A stretch of 64,000 nt of DNA from Azolla caroliniana (Eukaryota; Plantae; Polypodiophyta), in the NCBI GenBank assembly GCA_043228905.1, contig JBHGNT010000008.1, positions 7,936,001-8,000,000 on the forward strand, given 5' to 3'. Every line of letters begins with the position of its first letter. The stretch's first letter is position 1. The notes beneath the pieces are model-generated. The model did not search any database and was not told where the DNA came from. It worked only from the letters and a program-made list of their open reading frames with translations. Below, piece after piece: positions 49,405 to 61,300 of this stretch. A program made the translations under genes and the position numbers.

Positions 49405-51924
49405 CATGGCACACCCGTGGGACTATACCTTGTACGTCAATCCCCACAATTCGGCTTCATTCATCCTCGAAAATGTCCAGAATGCTTTGCTCTAAGGGTT
49501 CCAATGGTTGTTCGGGAAGTTTTTTTGTCATCTGCTACTGTTGTTGTTCCTCCTCCTGCTGTTGCCCCGATTTCTGTTATTCCTTTAACTCCTCTTGTTG
49601 CCGCTCCGGCTAAAGCTGTGGCGGCTTCTAGTTGACGTCTGTTTCCCGCAGCTCTGTCAGTCTTACCGACTCTTCCTCCTTTTCCGGCTCTACTGGTCTT
49701 GGCGTCTCCTGGTTCTGTTATTTGGCGTGCACCGGTTCCTGTCGATGACCTTCCTTTAACAACTCCTTCTGAGTACTATCTAGTTGGCTTCCCCTAGCTT
49801 TAACCGGCGTTTGTTCTGAAGATGGCTCTTCGTCACTGATGCTAATTGCCGCAGTTTTCTTGGCCATTTCTTGCCGTCATCGTTCTCATTCGTACTTTTC
49901 GAAATGGAGTTGGTTGTCTAGCTAGTCATCATCCAGCTGTGCCACCAACTGGCGTACTGCCACCCTCTGCTCATTAACCAAGGATATGAAATCATCCGAC
50001 AGTTCTTCCTTTATTGCTTCGATGCTTTCCTTATCCAAGATGTAAACTTCATCGCCCTCTTTCCGCCGGTTTTCCGCATCTGCCCGCAGCAACTATAGTT
50101 CCACTGCCTGCTTAGCCCACTTAGACCACCATTGTACTGAGCTTTCTTCCACTAATTGCTTCGTTCGATTCCTCCATGCCAGTACGATATCCCGGATCCG
50201 CCCTAGCCCCATCTTCGACTTGTTCTCCACGACCTGTTTTTCTTCCTTCAATTGTTTGATCAGGCTTGCGGTTGCCACTTCTTGGCTTCTGTAGTGCATG
50301 AGTTGGGTCTGATAGGTCGTCTGAACTCTGTTCAGAGTCATTGTAGCGCGCTCCGTTTCCGCATGGTGCTTCACTTGCAGGTCCAGTCACTCTTTTCGTT
50401 GCTTCTGCCAGTTGTTTAGCTGCTTCGACTCCCTTCGACTGCTCATCCATCAATGTCGCCGTTATCCGGTTAATTTCCTCCTGGAGTTCCTTACACTTTT
50501 CCTGCTGCCGGTCACTTTCAGTAATCAGTTTCTTATGATCAGCCTCTAAATACTTATAATCCCAGTGCAGTCGGTCGAAGTCGTCGGTTTTCTATTTTAG
50601 CTTTTGATTAATAAGCCGGCGAGCATGATCCTCGCAGTCTTTTTGTTGCCGGAGCTCTTCTTTGAGGCGCTCAATCTCCACTTCCGCCGTCCGTCGGAGT
50701 TTCTCTTTTTCTTGCAAGAGTTTGTCTCTCTCTTCTTTCAGCCAGTCATACGCTTGATGACCTCTCCTCAAGCTCTCCTCTATTCAGTGGAAGCTGTCAG
50801 TCGTCTTCCTTTGTTCCTCCTCCTCTGCTTTTTTTAATTCTCTTTTTTTAATTCTCATTCCTTGGCTCATAAGGCATCTTGTGCTTCCCGATCTTCCCTT
50901 AATGTGGCGAGCTCCTGTGCTAACGTTGTATGAGTATCCGGGCTTGCCTCAATCATCGGGGTCTAATTGCTCTGTACAGTTACCGGAACCACCGATTCTG
51001 ATTGTTGTGGTCCTTCTATGACCAACTTGACCATTTCTGTTCTGGCCTTCTCTATGTCTTCCTCCATGCTCTGGATTCTTGACTAGGCCTTCTCTAATTC
51101 CTCGATTGTGGCTAGCAACCGGTCTTCATGCGCTCTCTCTTCCGCTTCTAACTGGCAGACGACCCCGGCCACTTGTTCTGATATCCACCGTAGCCATTGA
51201 CTGTCGGTGCCTTGTTGTTGTGCCGGTTCTGGTCTTGGGATAACTTCTTCACTGGCCATGAGTGTAGTATAGACGGTTACGTCGAGCAGCCGTTCTGGTT
51301 TTGGCTCTTGCTGTTGCGGCGGCGACACCGACAATTCAATGACTAGTTCCTGATCCAGTGGTACGGCCGCGTCCTTGACCGCTGGTTCCGCGATGTCCTG
51401 CCGCATCAATTGCTCCGTCCCCGATTCTTGTTGAGCCAGTTCTGTCGTCTTCCTAGGCTGTGGTTCCTCAGGGATGGTTTCCAATATAATATCCTCCATT
51501 GGCCTTGATGGTCCCCCTTCGTGGCCCTTTTCACTTGTCTGGCGACGACGTAACAACGTCTCCGTAGGCTTGTCTTCCTGTTGTTCTTCCTCCATGGTCT
51601 TGCTATTAATTAGCACCGTCAAGGGGTCTTTCCCCTGCGTTTTCTCCGGTTGCTATTTTGCTTGTTGTTCCGTCAGGTGCAGCTTGATTTTCAAAGGTCT
51701 CCCCAAGGTGACCACTGATGCCTCCTCTACCGGCCGCTTCTGATTCGGTCGTTCCTTCGCCTAGGTAGCCAGGAGTTGCTGTCGTTTTGAAGTTGTTTTG
51801 GGGGTCGATTCTGTCGGTCTTCCCCTCTTCCTTTGTTCCATGGGCTCCACCGGCGGTGCTAACAGAGTGAGCCATTGCGCCACAACTGTCCACATCTTTT
51901 TGCCATCTTTTATTGAGAGGATGG

Positions 51925-52644
51925 TGTTGGGATTTACGGTCCCTCCGGATGGGATGTCCGGAAATGAATGACGGCAAGCCCGGTTGCGGTTACGGAACCG
52001 GATGATGAAGAGTACCCGGCTACGGAGCCGGATGATGAAGAGTACCCGGCTACGGAGCCGGATGATGAAGAGTACCCGGCTACGGAGCCGGATGATGAAG
52101 AGTACCCGGCTACGGAGCCGGATGATGAAGATCCGGCTACGGAGCCGGATGATGTATGTACCCGGAGAGAGATCCGGATGCGGGGACATATTTGTGAATA
52201 TGTTTGCCAAGGGCCCTTGTGGCTATATTTGTAAATAGCCCGAAAGTCATATGTGTATAAATATGACTTAGGGCAAACTGTTTGTAGTTGCTGAAAAGTT
52301 TGCTGCTCATTTTCTGTTTTTCCACTCAAGAGGAGTGAAGAGAGAGCAGCCGAGAGAGAGAGAGAGAGAGAAACGAGGAGGTCGTTGCCTCTGTGTATTA
52401 CCGCCGTCTGTGGCGAGGACAGCGAGCTCAAGGTCGTCGCCTTGCAGCTCGCCATTGTATACTTCTCTGTATAGTGTTGGTTTGGAGTCTTGTACTCCCG
52501 TGGTTTTTCCCGTTTAGGGTTTTCCACGTTAATCACGGTGTTATCGTGTCTCTCTCTGTGTTTCCTATTTTCTGCTGCATTGATTCGCGATTTCTCGGTT
52601 GTGGCCGAAACGGTGAAGGCGAATCGGAGCGTTGATTCTCAACA
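51925..52644 (+). repeat. 5' LTR (720 bp) with a 30-bp tandem repeat
   Basis: TGTTG...CAACA. CCGGATGATGAAGAGTACCCGGCTACGGAG x4 plus one shorter unit. Confidence 0.97.
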
Positions 52645-52675
52645 AAGTGGTATCAGAGCGACGGCAGTGCAGAAA

Positions 52676-55600
52676 ATGGAAGGCGGCAGCAGCGGGCAGC
52701 CGGGGATGATGGTGCTGAATGCGCAGAACTACGCCGACTGGAAGATCAAGATGGAGGATCTTCTGATTGTTCGGGACCTGTACGAACCGATTGACAGGTC
52801 GGAAATACCGAAGGGGGTACTTGAGACGGAATGGAGGCTTCTGAACCGGAAAGCCGTTGCAACCATCCGGCAATACGTCGACGTGAGCGTTCTACAACAT
52901 GTGGCGAACGACACCAACGCATACGAGATGTGGCGGAAGCTGTCGGGCCTCTACGAGAGGAAGAATGCGTTGAACCGGACCTCCCTGATGAGGAGGATAG
53001 TGAACCTCAAGTACCGGGATGGCGAGAGTATGGTGGAACACGTAAGCACGTTCATGGGATTCGTGAACCAGCTTGCGGCAATCAAGTTCCCGTTGGAGGA
53101 TGCAATGCAAGCCATCATTCTGATGTGTACATTGCCGGAAAGCTGGGAGAACTTGGTGGTGACTCTCAGCACCTCCTGCACCGAAGATAACTTGTCTCTA
53201 CAAACGGTAAAGACAAGTATTTTGAACGAAGAAGCGCGTCGGAGAGATAAAGGACCGGCCTCCGACCCGAAGGCGCTGCTTACCGAATCGGAACGGGGAA
53301 GACAATGGAACCGGAGTCCGCAAAGACGGGAGAAGTCGGGGACCCGGTCGCAGTCAAGAGGAAGGCCCACATGCTTCCACTGTGGGAAGCCGGGGCACTT
53401 CCGGAAGAATTGTCGGCATTACCGAAAGGAAAACGGAGCCGACGACACCGATTCGAAGAAGTCACCGGAGAGAAACGGTGCATACCGGGGAGCCACGGAC
53501 CGGAGAGGTCCGGATCGGCGAGGGCAGGACCGGAAAGGAACGACGGCACTCGCGGCAAGTGAAGAAGAGATAATGCTCATTACCGAAGAGAGGGAGCTGA
53601 ACCTTGCCGGTGAAGAGATGACCTGGGTGGTCGATTCCGGAGCGTCGTTCCACCTGACCCCGGAGAAGAAATACTTCTCATCCTACATAGCCGGTGAGCA
53701 CGGCTGTGTCCGGATGGGGAATGAAGGTACATGCCGGATTGCCGGCATAGGAGACGTGTGGCTGATGACATCAACCGGATGCAAGATGCTGCTGAAGGAT
53801 GTTCGACACGTTCCGGAGGTTCGATTGAACCTGATTTCGGCCGGGAGGCTAGACGATGAAGGCTACACGGGTAGCATCCGGAACGGTGTTATGAAGTTCA
53901 GCAAAGGGAGCCTGATAGTGGCTCGGGCCCGGAAAGTCAACACACTGTACCTGATGAATTCCCGGCTATGTCCGGAGGAGCTGAACGTGGCAGCTGACAC
54001 TGCCGGTGAGCTATGGCACAAGAGACTGTGCCACATGAGTGAGAAGGGGATGAAGAGGCTTGCAGAAGACAACCTCATTCCAGTGAAGCATGTGCGTCTG
54101 GAGAAGTGCACCGATTGCCTGGCCGGTAAGCAGAACCGAGCCTCCTTCCACTCAAGGCCACCGACGAGACGTAGTGCACCACTGGAGTTGGTGCACACTG
54201 ATGTGTGTCAAGTAGAAACGAAGTCACATGGCGGAGCCCAGTACTTCGTGACATTCATTGATGACCACAGCCGGAAGCTGTGGACGGCACCGTTGAAGAC
54301 AAAGGACCAAGTATTGTCCGTCTTCAAAGAACTCCACGCGAGAGTGGAAAGAGAATCCGGCAAGAAGCTGAAAGCGATACGAGCGGATAACGGAGGAGAA
54401 TACCGAGGGCAATTTGAGGAGTATTGCCGTTCGATGGGAATCCGGCTCGAGTTTACCGTGCCGAAGACGCCGGAACTGAACGGGCTGGCCGAGAGGATGA
54501 ACCGGACCATAATGGAGAGGGTCCGGAGTATGCTGGCGCATGCGAAATTACCCAAGGGGTTTTGGGCTGAGGCGATGTCGACGGCGACATATGTGATAAA
54601 TAGATCACCCTCAGTACCTTTGGACGGAGACACGCCGCAGAAAGTGTGGACCGGTAAGGAAGTGTCCTACCGGCACCTGAAGGTGTTCGGGTGTCTCGCA
54701 TACGTGCATGTGGCAAAGGACCGGAGAGGAAAGCTAGATCCAAAGACCCGGCCATGCATATTCCTCGGTTACGGCGACGATGAGTTCGGCTACCGAGTAT
54801 GGGACCCGGTCGACAAGAAGATATTCAGGAGTCGAGATATCATCTTCATGGAGGACAAGACACTCGCCGACTGGGAGTCGGAGAAGAAGATGAAGAGCTC
54901 CAAGTCGACTGGTGAGGATCAACTCTACAAGGAGCAGTCCCGACCGGCAAGAGACCGGTTAGCACTCGAGGATCCGGCCGAAGACGGTGAAGAAATAGAA
55001 CCGGCCGAAGAAGATGAAAATGATACCGGAACCGGCCCCGATCCCGAAATGGATTCGGATGAAGAAGAATCGGAAGAACCGGTTACCGAAGCTCCGGAAC
55101 GGAGATATCCTCTAAGAGAGAGAAGGGCCCCCCGGAGATTTCCGGAACCAGAGCACGTGCTGCTAACCGACGAGGGGGAGCCGGAGAGCTTTGAAGAAGC
55201 GAAGCTTGACACCCATAGCCGCAGGTGGTTAAGTGCCATGCAGGAGGAGATGGATTCCCTGCATGAGAACCACACATATAAACTTGTGGAGTTGCCGAAA
55301 GGAAAGCGGGCACTTCGAAACAAGTGGGTGTTCAAGCTGAAACCGGGAGATGCCGGAAACCCCCCGAGATACAAAGCCAGGATCGTGGTGAAGGGGTTTC
55401 AGCAGAAGAAGGGCGTCGACTTCGACGAGATATTTGCCCCGGTAGTGAAGATGACCTCCATCCGGACGGTGCTGAGCATAGCGGCAAGCATGGACCTCGA
55501 GGTAGAACAGATGGACGTGAAGACGGCATTCCTTCACGGTGACCTCGAAGAAGAGATCTACATGCAGCAACCGGAAGGATTCGAGAAGAAAGGAAAGGAG

Positions 55601-56749
55601 CACCTGGTATGCCGGTTGAAGAAGAGCCTCTACGGTCTGAAGCAGGCTCCCCGGCAATGGTACCGGAAGTTCGACTCCTTCATGACAGACGAAGGGTACC
55701 ACAAAACGCAGACTGATCACTGCGTGTTTGTGAAGAAGTTCGAAGGAGGAGACTTTCTAATACTCCTCCTGTACGTGGACGACATGTTGATCGTCGGACG
55801 GGACCAGGGCAAGATACGGATGCTGAAGAAGGCTCTTCACCGAACCTTCTCAATGAAGGACCTGGGTCCAGCGAGGCAAATACTAGGGATGCACATCATC
55901 CGGGACCGGAAGAAGAAGCAGTTGTGGCTGTCACAGGAGAAGTACGTGACAAAGGTGCTTCAACGGTTCAACATGTCGGAAGCAAGACCGGTCGGATCGA
56001 CCCTCCCGGCAAACTGCAAGCTGTCCAGGAAGCAAAGCCCCAAGACAAAGGCTGAGAAGGAGGACATGATGAAAGTACCATATGCCTCTGCCGTCGTGAG
56101 CTTGATGTACGCGATGGTGTGTACAAGACCGGACATAGGATATGCAGTTGGAGTGGTGAGCCGGTACATGAGCAATCCCGGAAAAGAGCACTGGAACGCG
56201 GTCAAGTGGATACTCCGATACCTGAAGGGCACGGCAAACGTGTGCCTCCGATTCGGCTCCGGTAAGCCCGAACTCGATGGATTTACCGATTCGGATATGT
56301 CGGCTGATGCAGATACCAGCCGGTCCACATCAGGGTATGTGATGACGTATGCAGGGGGAGCTGTTTCATGGCAGTCGAGGCTGCAGAAGACGGTTGCACT
56401 GTCAACCACGGAGGCGGAGTACATGGTGGCTGTTGAAGCCGGCAAGGAGATAATATGGATGAAGGACTTCATTAGAGAGCTCGGTATCCGGCAGGAGGAG
56501 TACCGACTCTACTGCGACAGTCAGAGTGCCATCCACCTTGCGAAGAACGCGGCCTACCATTCCCGGACGAAACACATCCAGCGTAGATACCATTGGATCC
56601 GGGAAAGGATAGAAGACAAGGAGTTCGTGCTGACGAAGATCCACACGGACGAGAACGGGTCGGATATGCTGACTAAGGTACTTACACCCGACAAGCTGGA
56701 AGCATGCCGGAAGAGGATCGGATTGGAGAGACATCCCATGCCGAAGTGA
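52676..56749 (+). CDS. Copia gag-pol polyprotein, 1357 aa (gag, zinc knuckle, protease, integrase, RT, RNase H)
   Basis: First ATG after the PBS. CFHCGKPGHFRKNC, WVVDSGASFH, HTDV..FIDDHSR..ADNGGEY..NGLAERMNR, QMDVKTAFLHG, YVDD, GFTDSD..TEAEY..CDSQSA. Confidence 0.97.
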   Translation: MEGGSSGQPGMMVLNAQNYADWKIKMEDLLIVRDLYEPIDRSEIPKGVLETEWRLLNRKAVATIRQYVDVSVLQHVANDTNAYEMWRKLSGLYERKNALNRTSLMRRIVNLKYRDGESMVEHVSTFMGFVNQLAAIKFPLEDAMQAIILMCTLPESWENLVVTLSTSCTEDNLSLQTVKTSILNEEARRRDKGPASDPKALLTESERGRQWNRSPQRREKSGTRSQSRGRPTCFHCGKPGHFRKNCRHYRKENGADDTDSKKSPERNGAYRGATDRRGPDRRGQDRKGTTALAASEEEIMLITEERELNLAGEEMTWVVDSGASFHLTPEKKYFSSYIAGEHGCVRMGNEGTCRIAGIGDVWLMTSTGCKMLLKDVRHVPEVRLNLISAGRLDDEGYTGSIRNGVMKFSKGSLIVARARKVNTLYLMNSRLCPEELNVAADTAGELWHKRLCHMSEKGMKRLAEDNLIPVKHVRLEKCTDCLAGKQNRASFHSRPPTRRSAPLELVHTDVCQVETKSHGGAQYFVTFIDDHSRKLWTAPLKTKDQVLSVFKELHARVERESGKKLKAIRADNGGEYRGQFEEYCRSMGIRLEFTVPKTPELNGLAERMNRTIMERVRSMLAHAKLPKGFWAEAMSTATYVINRSPSVPLDGDTPQKVWTGKEVSYRHLKVFGCLAYVHVAKDRRGKLDPKTRPCIFLGYGDDEFGYRVWDPVDKKIFRSRDIIFMEDKTLADWESEKKMKSSKSTGEDQLYKEQSRPARDRLALEDPAEDGEEIEPAEEDENDTGTGPDPEMDSDEEESEEPVTEAPERRYPLRERRAPRRFPEPEHVLLTDEGEPESFEEAKLDTHSRRWLSAMQEEMDSLHENHTYKLVELPKGKRALRNKWVFKLKPGDAGNPPRYKARIVVKGFQQKKGVDFDEIFAPVVKMTSIRTVLSIAASMDLEVEQMDVKTAFLHGDLEEEIYMQQPEGFEKKGKEHLVCRLKKSLYGLKQAPRQWYRKFDSFMTDEGYHKTQTDHCVFVKKFEGGDFLILLLYVDDMLIVGRDQGKIRMLKKALHRTFSMKDLGPARQILGMHIIRDRKKKQLWLSQEKYVTKVLQRFNMSEARPVGSTLPANCKLSRKQSPKTKAEKEDMMKVPYASAVVSLMYAMVCTRPDIGYAVGVVSRYMSNPGKEHWNAVKWILRYLKGTANVCLRFGSGKPELDGFTDSDMSADADTSRSTSGYVMTYAGGAVSWQSRLQKTVALSTTEAEYMVAVEAGKEIIWMKDFIRELGIRQEEYRLYCDSQSAIHLAKNAAYHSRTKHIQRRYHWIRERIEDKEFVLTKIHTDENGSDMLTKVLTPDKLEACRKRIGLERHPMPK

Positions 56750-56759
56750 AGGGGGAGTT

Positions 56760-57509
56760 TGTTGGGATTTACGGTCCCTCCGGATGGGATGTCCGGAGAT
56801 GAATGACGGCAAGCCCGGTTGCGGTTACGGAACCGGATGATGAAGAGTACCCGGCTACGGAGCCGGATGATGAAGAGTACCCGGCTACGGAGCCGGATGA
56901 TGAAGAGTACCCGGCTACGGAGCCGGATGATGAAGAGTACCCGGCTACGGAGCCGGATGATGAAGAGTACCCGGCTACGGAGCCGGATGATGAAGACCCG
57001 GCTACGGAGCCGGATGATGTATGTACCCGGAGAGAGATCCGGATGCGGGGACATATTTGTGAATATGTTTGCCAAGGGCCCTTGTGGCTATATTTGTAAA
57101 TAGCCCGAAAGTCATATGTGTATAAATATGACTCAGGGCAAACTGTTTGTAGTTGCTGAAAAGTTTGCTGCTCATTTTCTGTTTTTCCACTCAAGAGGAG
57201 TGAAGAGAGAGCAGCCGAGAGAGAGAGAGAGAGAGAAACGAGGAGGTCGTTGCCTCTGTGTATTACCGCCGTCTGTGGCGAGGACAGCGAGCTCAAGGTC
57301 GTCGCCTTGCAGCTCGCCATTGTATACTTCTCTGTATAGTGTTGGTTTGGAGTCTTGTACTCCCGTGGTTTTTCCCGTTTAGGGTTTTCCACGTTAATCA
57401 CGGTGTTATCGTGTCTCTCTCTGTGTTTCCTATTTTCTGCTGCATTGATTCGCGATTTCTCGGTTGTGGCCGAAACGGTGAAGGCGAATCGGAGCGTTGA
57501 TTCTCAACA
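56760..57509 (+). repeat. 3' LTR (750 bp)
   Basis: Matches the 5' LTR except for 3 substitutions found by eye and one extra 30-bp unit. Confidence 0.97.
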
Positions 57510-58257
57510 GATGGCAGTGCTCAGGCCGTCAACGATCATTACTAGCCAATCCACCTGTACTCCCTCGTAGGTGGCTATGATCAACCCGGCTCTATTCCTG
57601 GGCATAGCCGGTGGTTGGGGGTATACATGACCATGCTCGTGGAGTACCCGGGCAATTTCCCAAAACAAGAGGTCTTCACCGCCTTGCGTGCGGTACGCCT
57701 TGTTGCCCAAGGAGTATTCGCCGAAATACCTCGTTAGCAGCTCCTATGAAGGGTTTTCAATCGAGTATATGCCCCCTTCCGGTAAGTTGGTCAGGGCTCG
57801 GATGGCTTCCTCGGTGATGACCTCCGTGTCGATGTCTTTGACGACATTTTCCGCATCTCCGTGCGGCGGTGCTTCGACTATCCTCAAGAATCCCTCTAGA
57901 CCGTGTTGTTTCAGCCACTTCTTAGCTACTTCTAAGAGTACCATGCATTCCATGTTGTCGTCGGAGTCGGTAGGTTGTGGTAAGATTGGTGCGCCTGTGT
58001 GTTTTGCATGCTCTCGCCTGATCACTCGTAATCGCCTATGTGCGTTGAGATCTCTGTGTTCGCGAAATGAAAGGGACTCTGCGTGGCGAAGGTTTTCATT
58101 CTCCATGTGTGGCGCCTTTTCTTGATTCCCATGCATGCACGTCCTATATTAATATAGCAATCGGTTGACATGTGGTGCGCCTTTTATAAAGAGCTTTAAT
58201 TAGCCACCCACCACACCTTTTCAAAGTGCCCGTTCGCTCCTCGCCTCTACATGATGA

Positions 58258-58380
58258 CTTTTCTTTTTCTTTTTCTTTTCTCTTTTTCTTTTTTCTTTTT
58301 CTTTTCTCTTTTTCTTTTTTCTTTTTCTTTTTTCTTTTTCTTTTTTCTTTTTTTTTATCTTTTATTTTTAAATTGAGTTT
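58258..58380 (-). repeat. (T/C)-rich low-complexity tract, A/G-rich on the element strand, between integrase and the extra ORF
   Basis: TTTTC-like runs over about 110 bp. Confidence 0.85.
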
Positions 58381-61300
58381 TACTTAACCAGAAGCACTGG
58401 GTCCATATCCTGGTTTTTCCCCATATTCACATTTTCCGGCCACCTGTTTGTCGTTATCCGGTAACGCCGGCTCCGCCTTACTGTCGGGTACTTTTTTCCT
58501 GCTTCCTACTGTTGTATCAACCTTCGTCTGCTCAAACAGATTCTGTGGCATAGGTCCACAATATGCTTTGAGTCGAAACCCATTGACCCATTTTCCCATT
58601 ATCTCACCGGCGAGCGTTCCGAGCTGGTATGAACTATTGAATTCCCGCGTTATCCAATCCGGTCCGGTCCACCGGAACCGTAGCTTTCCCGGTATCTGCC
58701 CCATCCGGGTCTGGAACACGAGTATTGGCTTGCCAATCCCGAACATCTTCTCATTGCCCTTCCGGTGCCGATCGAAAAATGCCTTCCTTTGTCGATGCTC
58801 CAATTCCAACTACATGAGACTCGCTATCTGATGCTCCTCGAGCTCGCATAATGCGGCTAACCGGATTTTTTCTGATTCCTTTTCACTTAGTCATTCTCTA
58901 ACCTGTATCCGCAAACTCGAAACATGAAATTCGATCGGCATTACTGCTTCTAGCCCAAATGCTAACCAGAATGGCGTTGACCGGATACTCATTTTGTATG
59001 TCGTCCGGTATGCCCGTAGTGCACTATGCAGCTTGGTGTCCCAATCGGTCCGGTTTACATTAACGATCTTCCGCTAGATGTTTTGGAGCGTTTTGTTTGT
59101 GGATTCGGCCAATCCATTGGCCTGTGGATAATAAGGGGTACTACGCTTGTGTACCACTGCATAGAATGTTGTTAAGCTCTCCACTACTTGATCGAGAAAA
59201 TGTCCACCTTGGTCGCTAATTAACTCGATCGGGCATCCATACCGGCACCAGATGTACTCATATACGAACTTTGTCATTGATGACGCAGTGTTGTCTGGCA
59301 ACGCCTTAGCTTCTACCCACTTGGTGCAATAATCTGTGGTGACTACAACATATCTGTTGTTAGTTCTCATTCCTGGAGGTTTAAACGGCCCAACAAAGTC
59401 GAGCCCCCATTTCTGAAATGGCTCTAAGGGTAGCACCGACTAGTGAGGCATCCTTATCTATTCTGTTGGTTGGCCTATCCGTTGACATAAATCACAGACT
59501 TTTGCATACCGGACCGAGTCCTTCAGTGTCGTTGGCCACCATAGACCGTTGTGCCATATCTTTCTTGTCGTAGCGTCCCCGGCATAGTGCCCTCCAGCAA
59601 TGCCACAGTGTGCTTCTCGTAATATTGTGTCCTTTTCGTAACATTGTTCGCCGCCATATGCCATCTGCGCCTTTGTGGTACAAGGTGTCTTGTAGTAGAC
59701 AAAAATGTTGGCTTTGTACCGCTAACCGCTTCCGCTCATCCCGGTTCATCTCCTCTGGTGGGAGTCCCGTGCTTAGGAATTGATGCATGTTGGTTAGCCA
59801 TTTGTCTTCGTCGACTACCGTGCTATCGGTTGCCGTTTCTGCTGTTACTTTAAACAACTCGGCATCCGGAAACTCATGCAAGACTCCATCACCAGTCTCC
59901 CCGGAGTCTAACCGGCTTAGATAATCTGCAACTGCATGATGTATACCCGGCCAGTGATATATTTCGAACTCAAACTCTTGTAGCAACAATGTCCAGCAGG
60001 CCAACTTGCCGATGAGTGATGCCTTTCAGACCAAATATAATAGCGCTGAGTGGTCGACATGAAATGAAAATTTCCTTCCCAATAAATAGTGCCTAAACTT
60101 GGTAACATTGTAAATCATCCCTAAGGCTTCTCTTTCTGTTGTTGAATAATTTCGTTCTGCCTGGGATAGCTTCCGGCTAGCATAATAAATCGGTCGGTAC
60201 CATTTCGGTTCAGTCAGTTGCATTAGTGCGCTGCTGATTGCTATGTCGGACGCATCAACGAACACGTGGAATTCTTTTGACCAGTCCGGTGGTTGCACCA
60301 CAGGTGCTTGTGGTAGCAGTACTTTCAGTGCCCGGTAAGCCGTGTCCTCCGTATCTGTCCATTGAAACGGTGTCCGGTGAATTGCGGTATGCAACAGTGT
60401 AGCAAGATCGGTCAAGTAGCGGAGCATCCGGTTATGCCACCGGATTTGCCCTAGAAACCGACTCAAAGCTTTGGCCGTGGATGGTGCCGATGCTTCTAAC
60501 ATTGCTTTGACCTTATCGGGGTCTACCGTGATCCCGTCCTTGCTGACAAGATGGCCCAGCAATGCAGCGCCTGTTACTCCGAACACACACTTTGTTGGAT
60601 TCAGGCTTAACCTATAACTCCTGCATTTCTCAAGGCATAGCCGGAGATATTGGAGATGTTCTCCTTTTCGGCTATACACGGCGAAGTGATCCAGGAATAC
60701 CTACATGAACGCCGGAATGAACTTGCCAAATATTTCCATGTTTATGCGTTGGAAGGTCGCCAATATGTTCTTGAGCCCGAACATCATTACCACTGCGATG
60801 AAAACTCCCCATTCGGTGACGAACGTCGTCTTGTCTTGGTCGTCAGAGTGCATCCTTATTTGATTGTAGCCGTTGAAACCGTCTAGGAAGCTATACACTT
60901 CATGACCGGCTACCACGTCCAGCACTCCATTCGTAAATGGAAGTGGAAAGGCGTCGGTCATTGTTGCCGCATTAAGTTTCCGGTAATGGACGCACACCCG
61001 GATCTTACTGTTCTTTTTCGGTACAACAACTATGGGACTCAACCATATAGCTTTTTTCACTGGTCGGATAAAACCGACCCGTAGCAACTTGTCAATTTCC
61101 TCTTTGACCTTTGCCGCATAGTTAGGGTTCATCCGGCAACACCGTCGTGCTACTGATTTGGCATCCTTACTGAGGTGTATCTGGTGTTGGTACAACTGAG
61201 GATCCAGCCCCTGCATGGCTTCATAGGACCAGGCGAATACGTCCCGAAAATTCCTTTAATAAAGTGATCATCGCCATCTTGTTGTCCGGTGACACTTCCT

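Larger units (their letters stand above)
51925..57509 (+). mobile_element. Intact, very young Tnt1/Tork-like Ty1/copia retrotransposon (5,585 bp)
   Basis: LTRs 51925-52644 and 56760-57509, perfect TSD GATGG, PBS TGGTATCAGAGC at 52648-52659, PPT GAAGGGGGAG at 56748-56757, uninterrupted ORF. Confidence 0.98.
49630..58136 (-). pseudogene. Extra gypsy ORF downstream of integrase (about 950 codons, globular N-terminus plus long coiled-coil), split by the copia insertion
   Basis: Frame continues across the GATGG TSD (..VDGLSTAI|LSIKDGKKMW..). E/K/Q-rich heptad-like C-terminal region. Several stops. Confidence 0.7.

Noticed and set aside
51761-52536. Repetitive ORFs such as PDDEEYPATE and SSSGSVAGY (also 56554-57401 and 62407-62997)
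   Set aside because: They are translations of LTR U3 tandem repeats that are open in several frames, with no evidence of coding.
52490-52675. N-terminal 62 aa of the 1419-aa ORF call
   Set aside because: It starts at a non-ATG codon inside the LTR and spans the PBS. ATG 52676 is the likely start.
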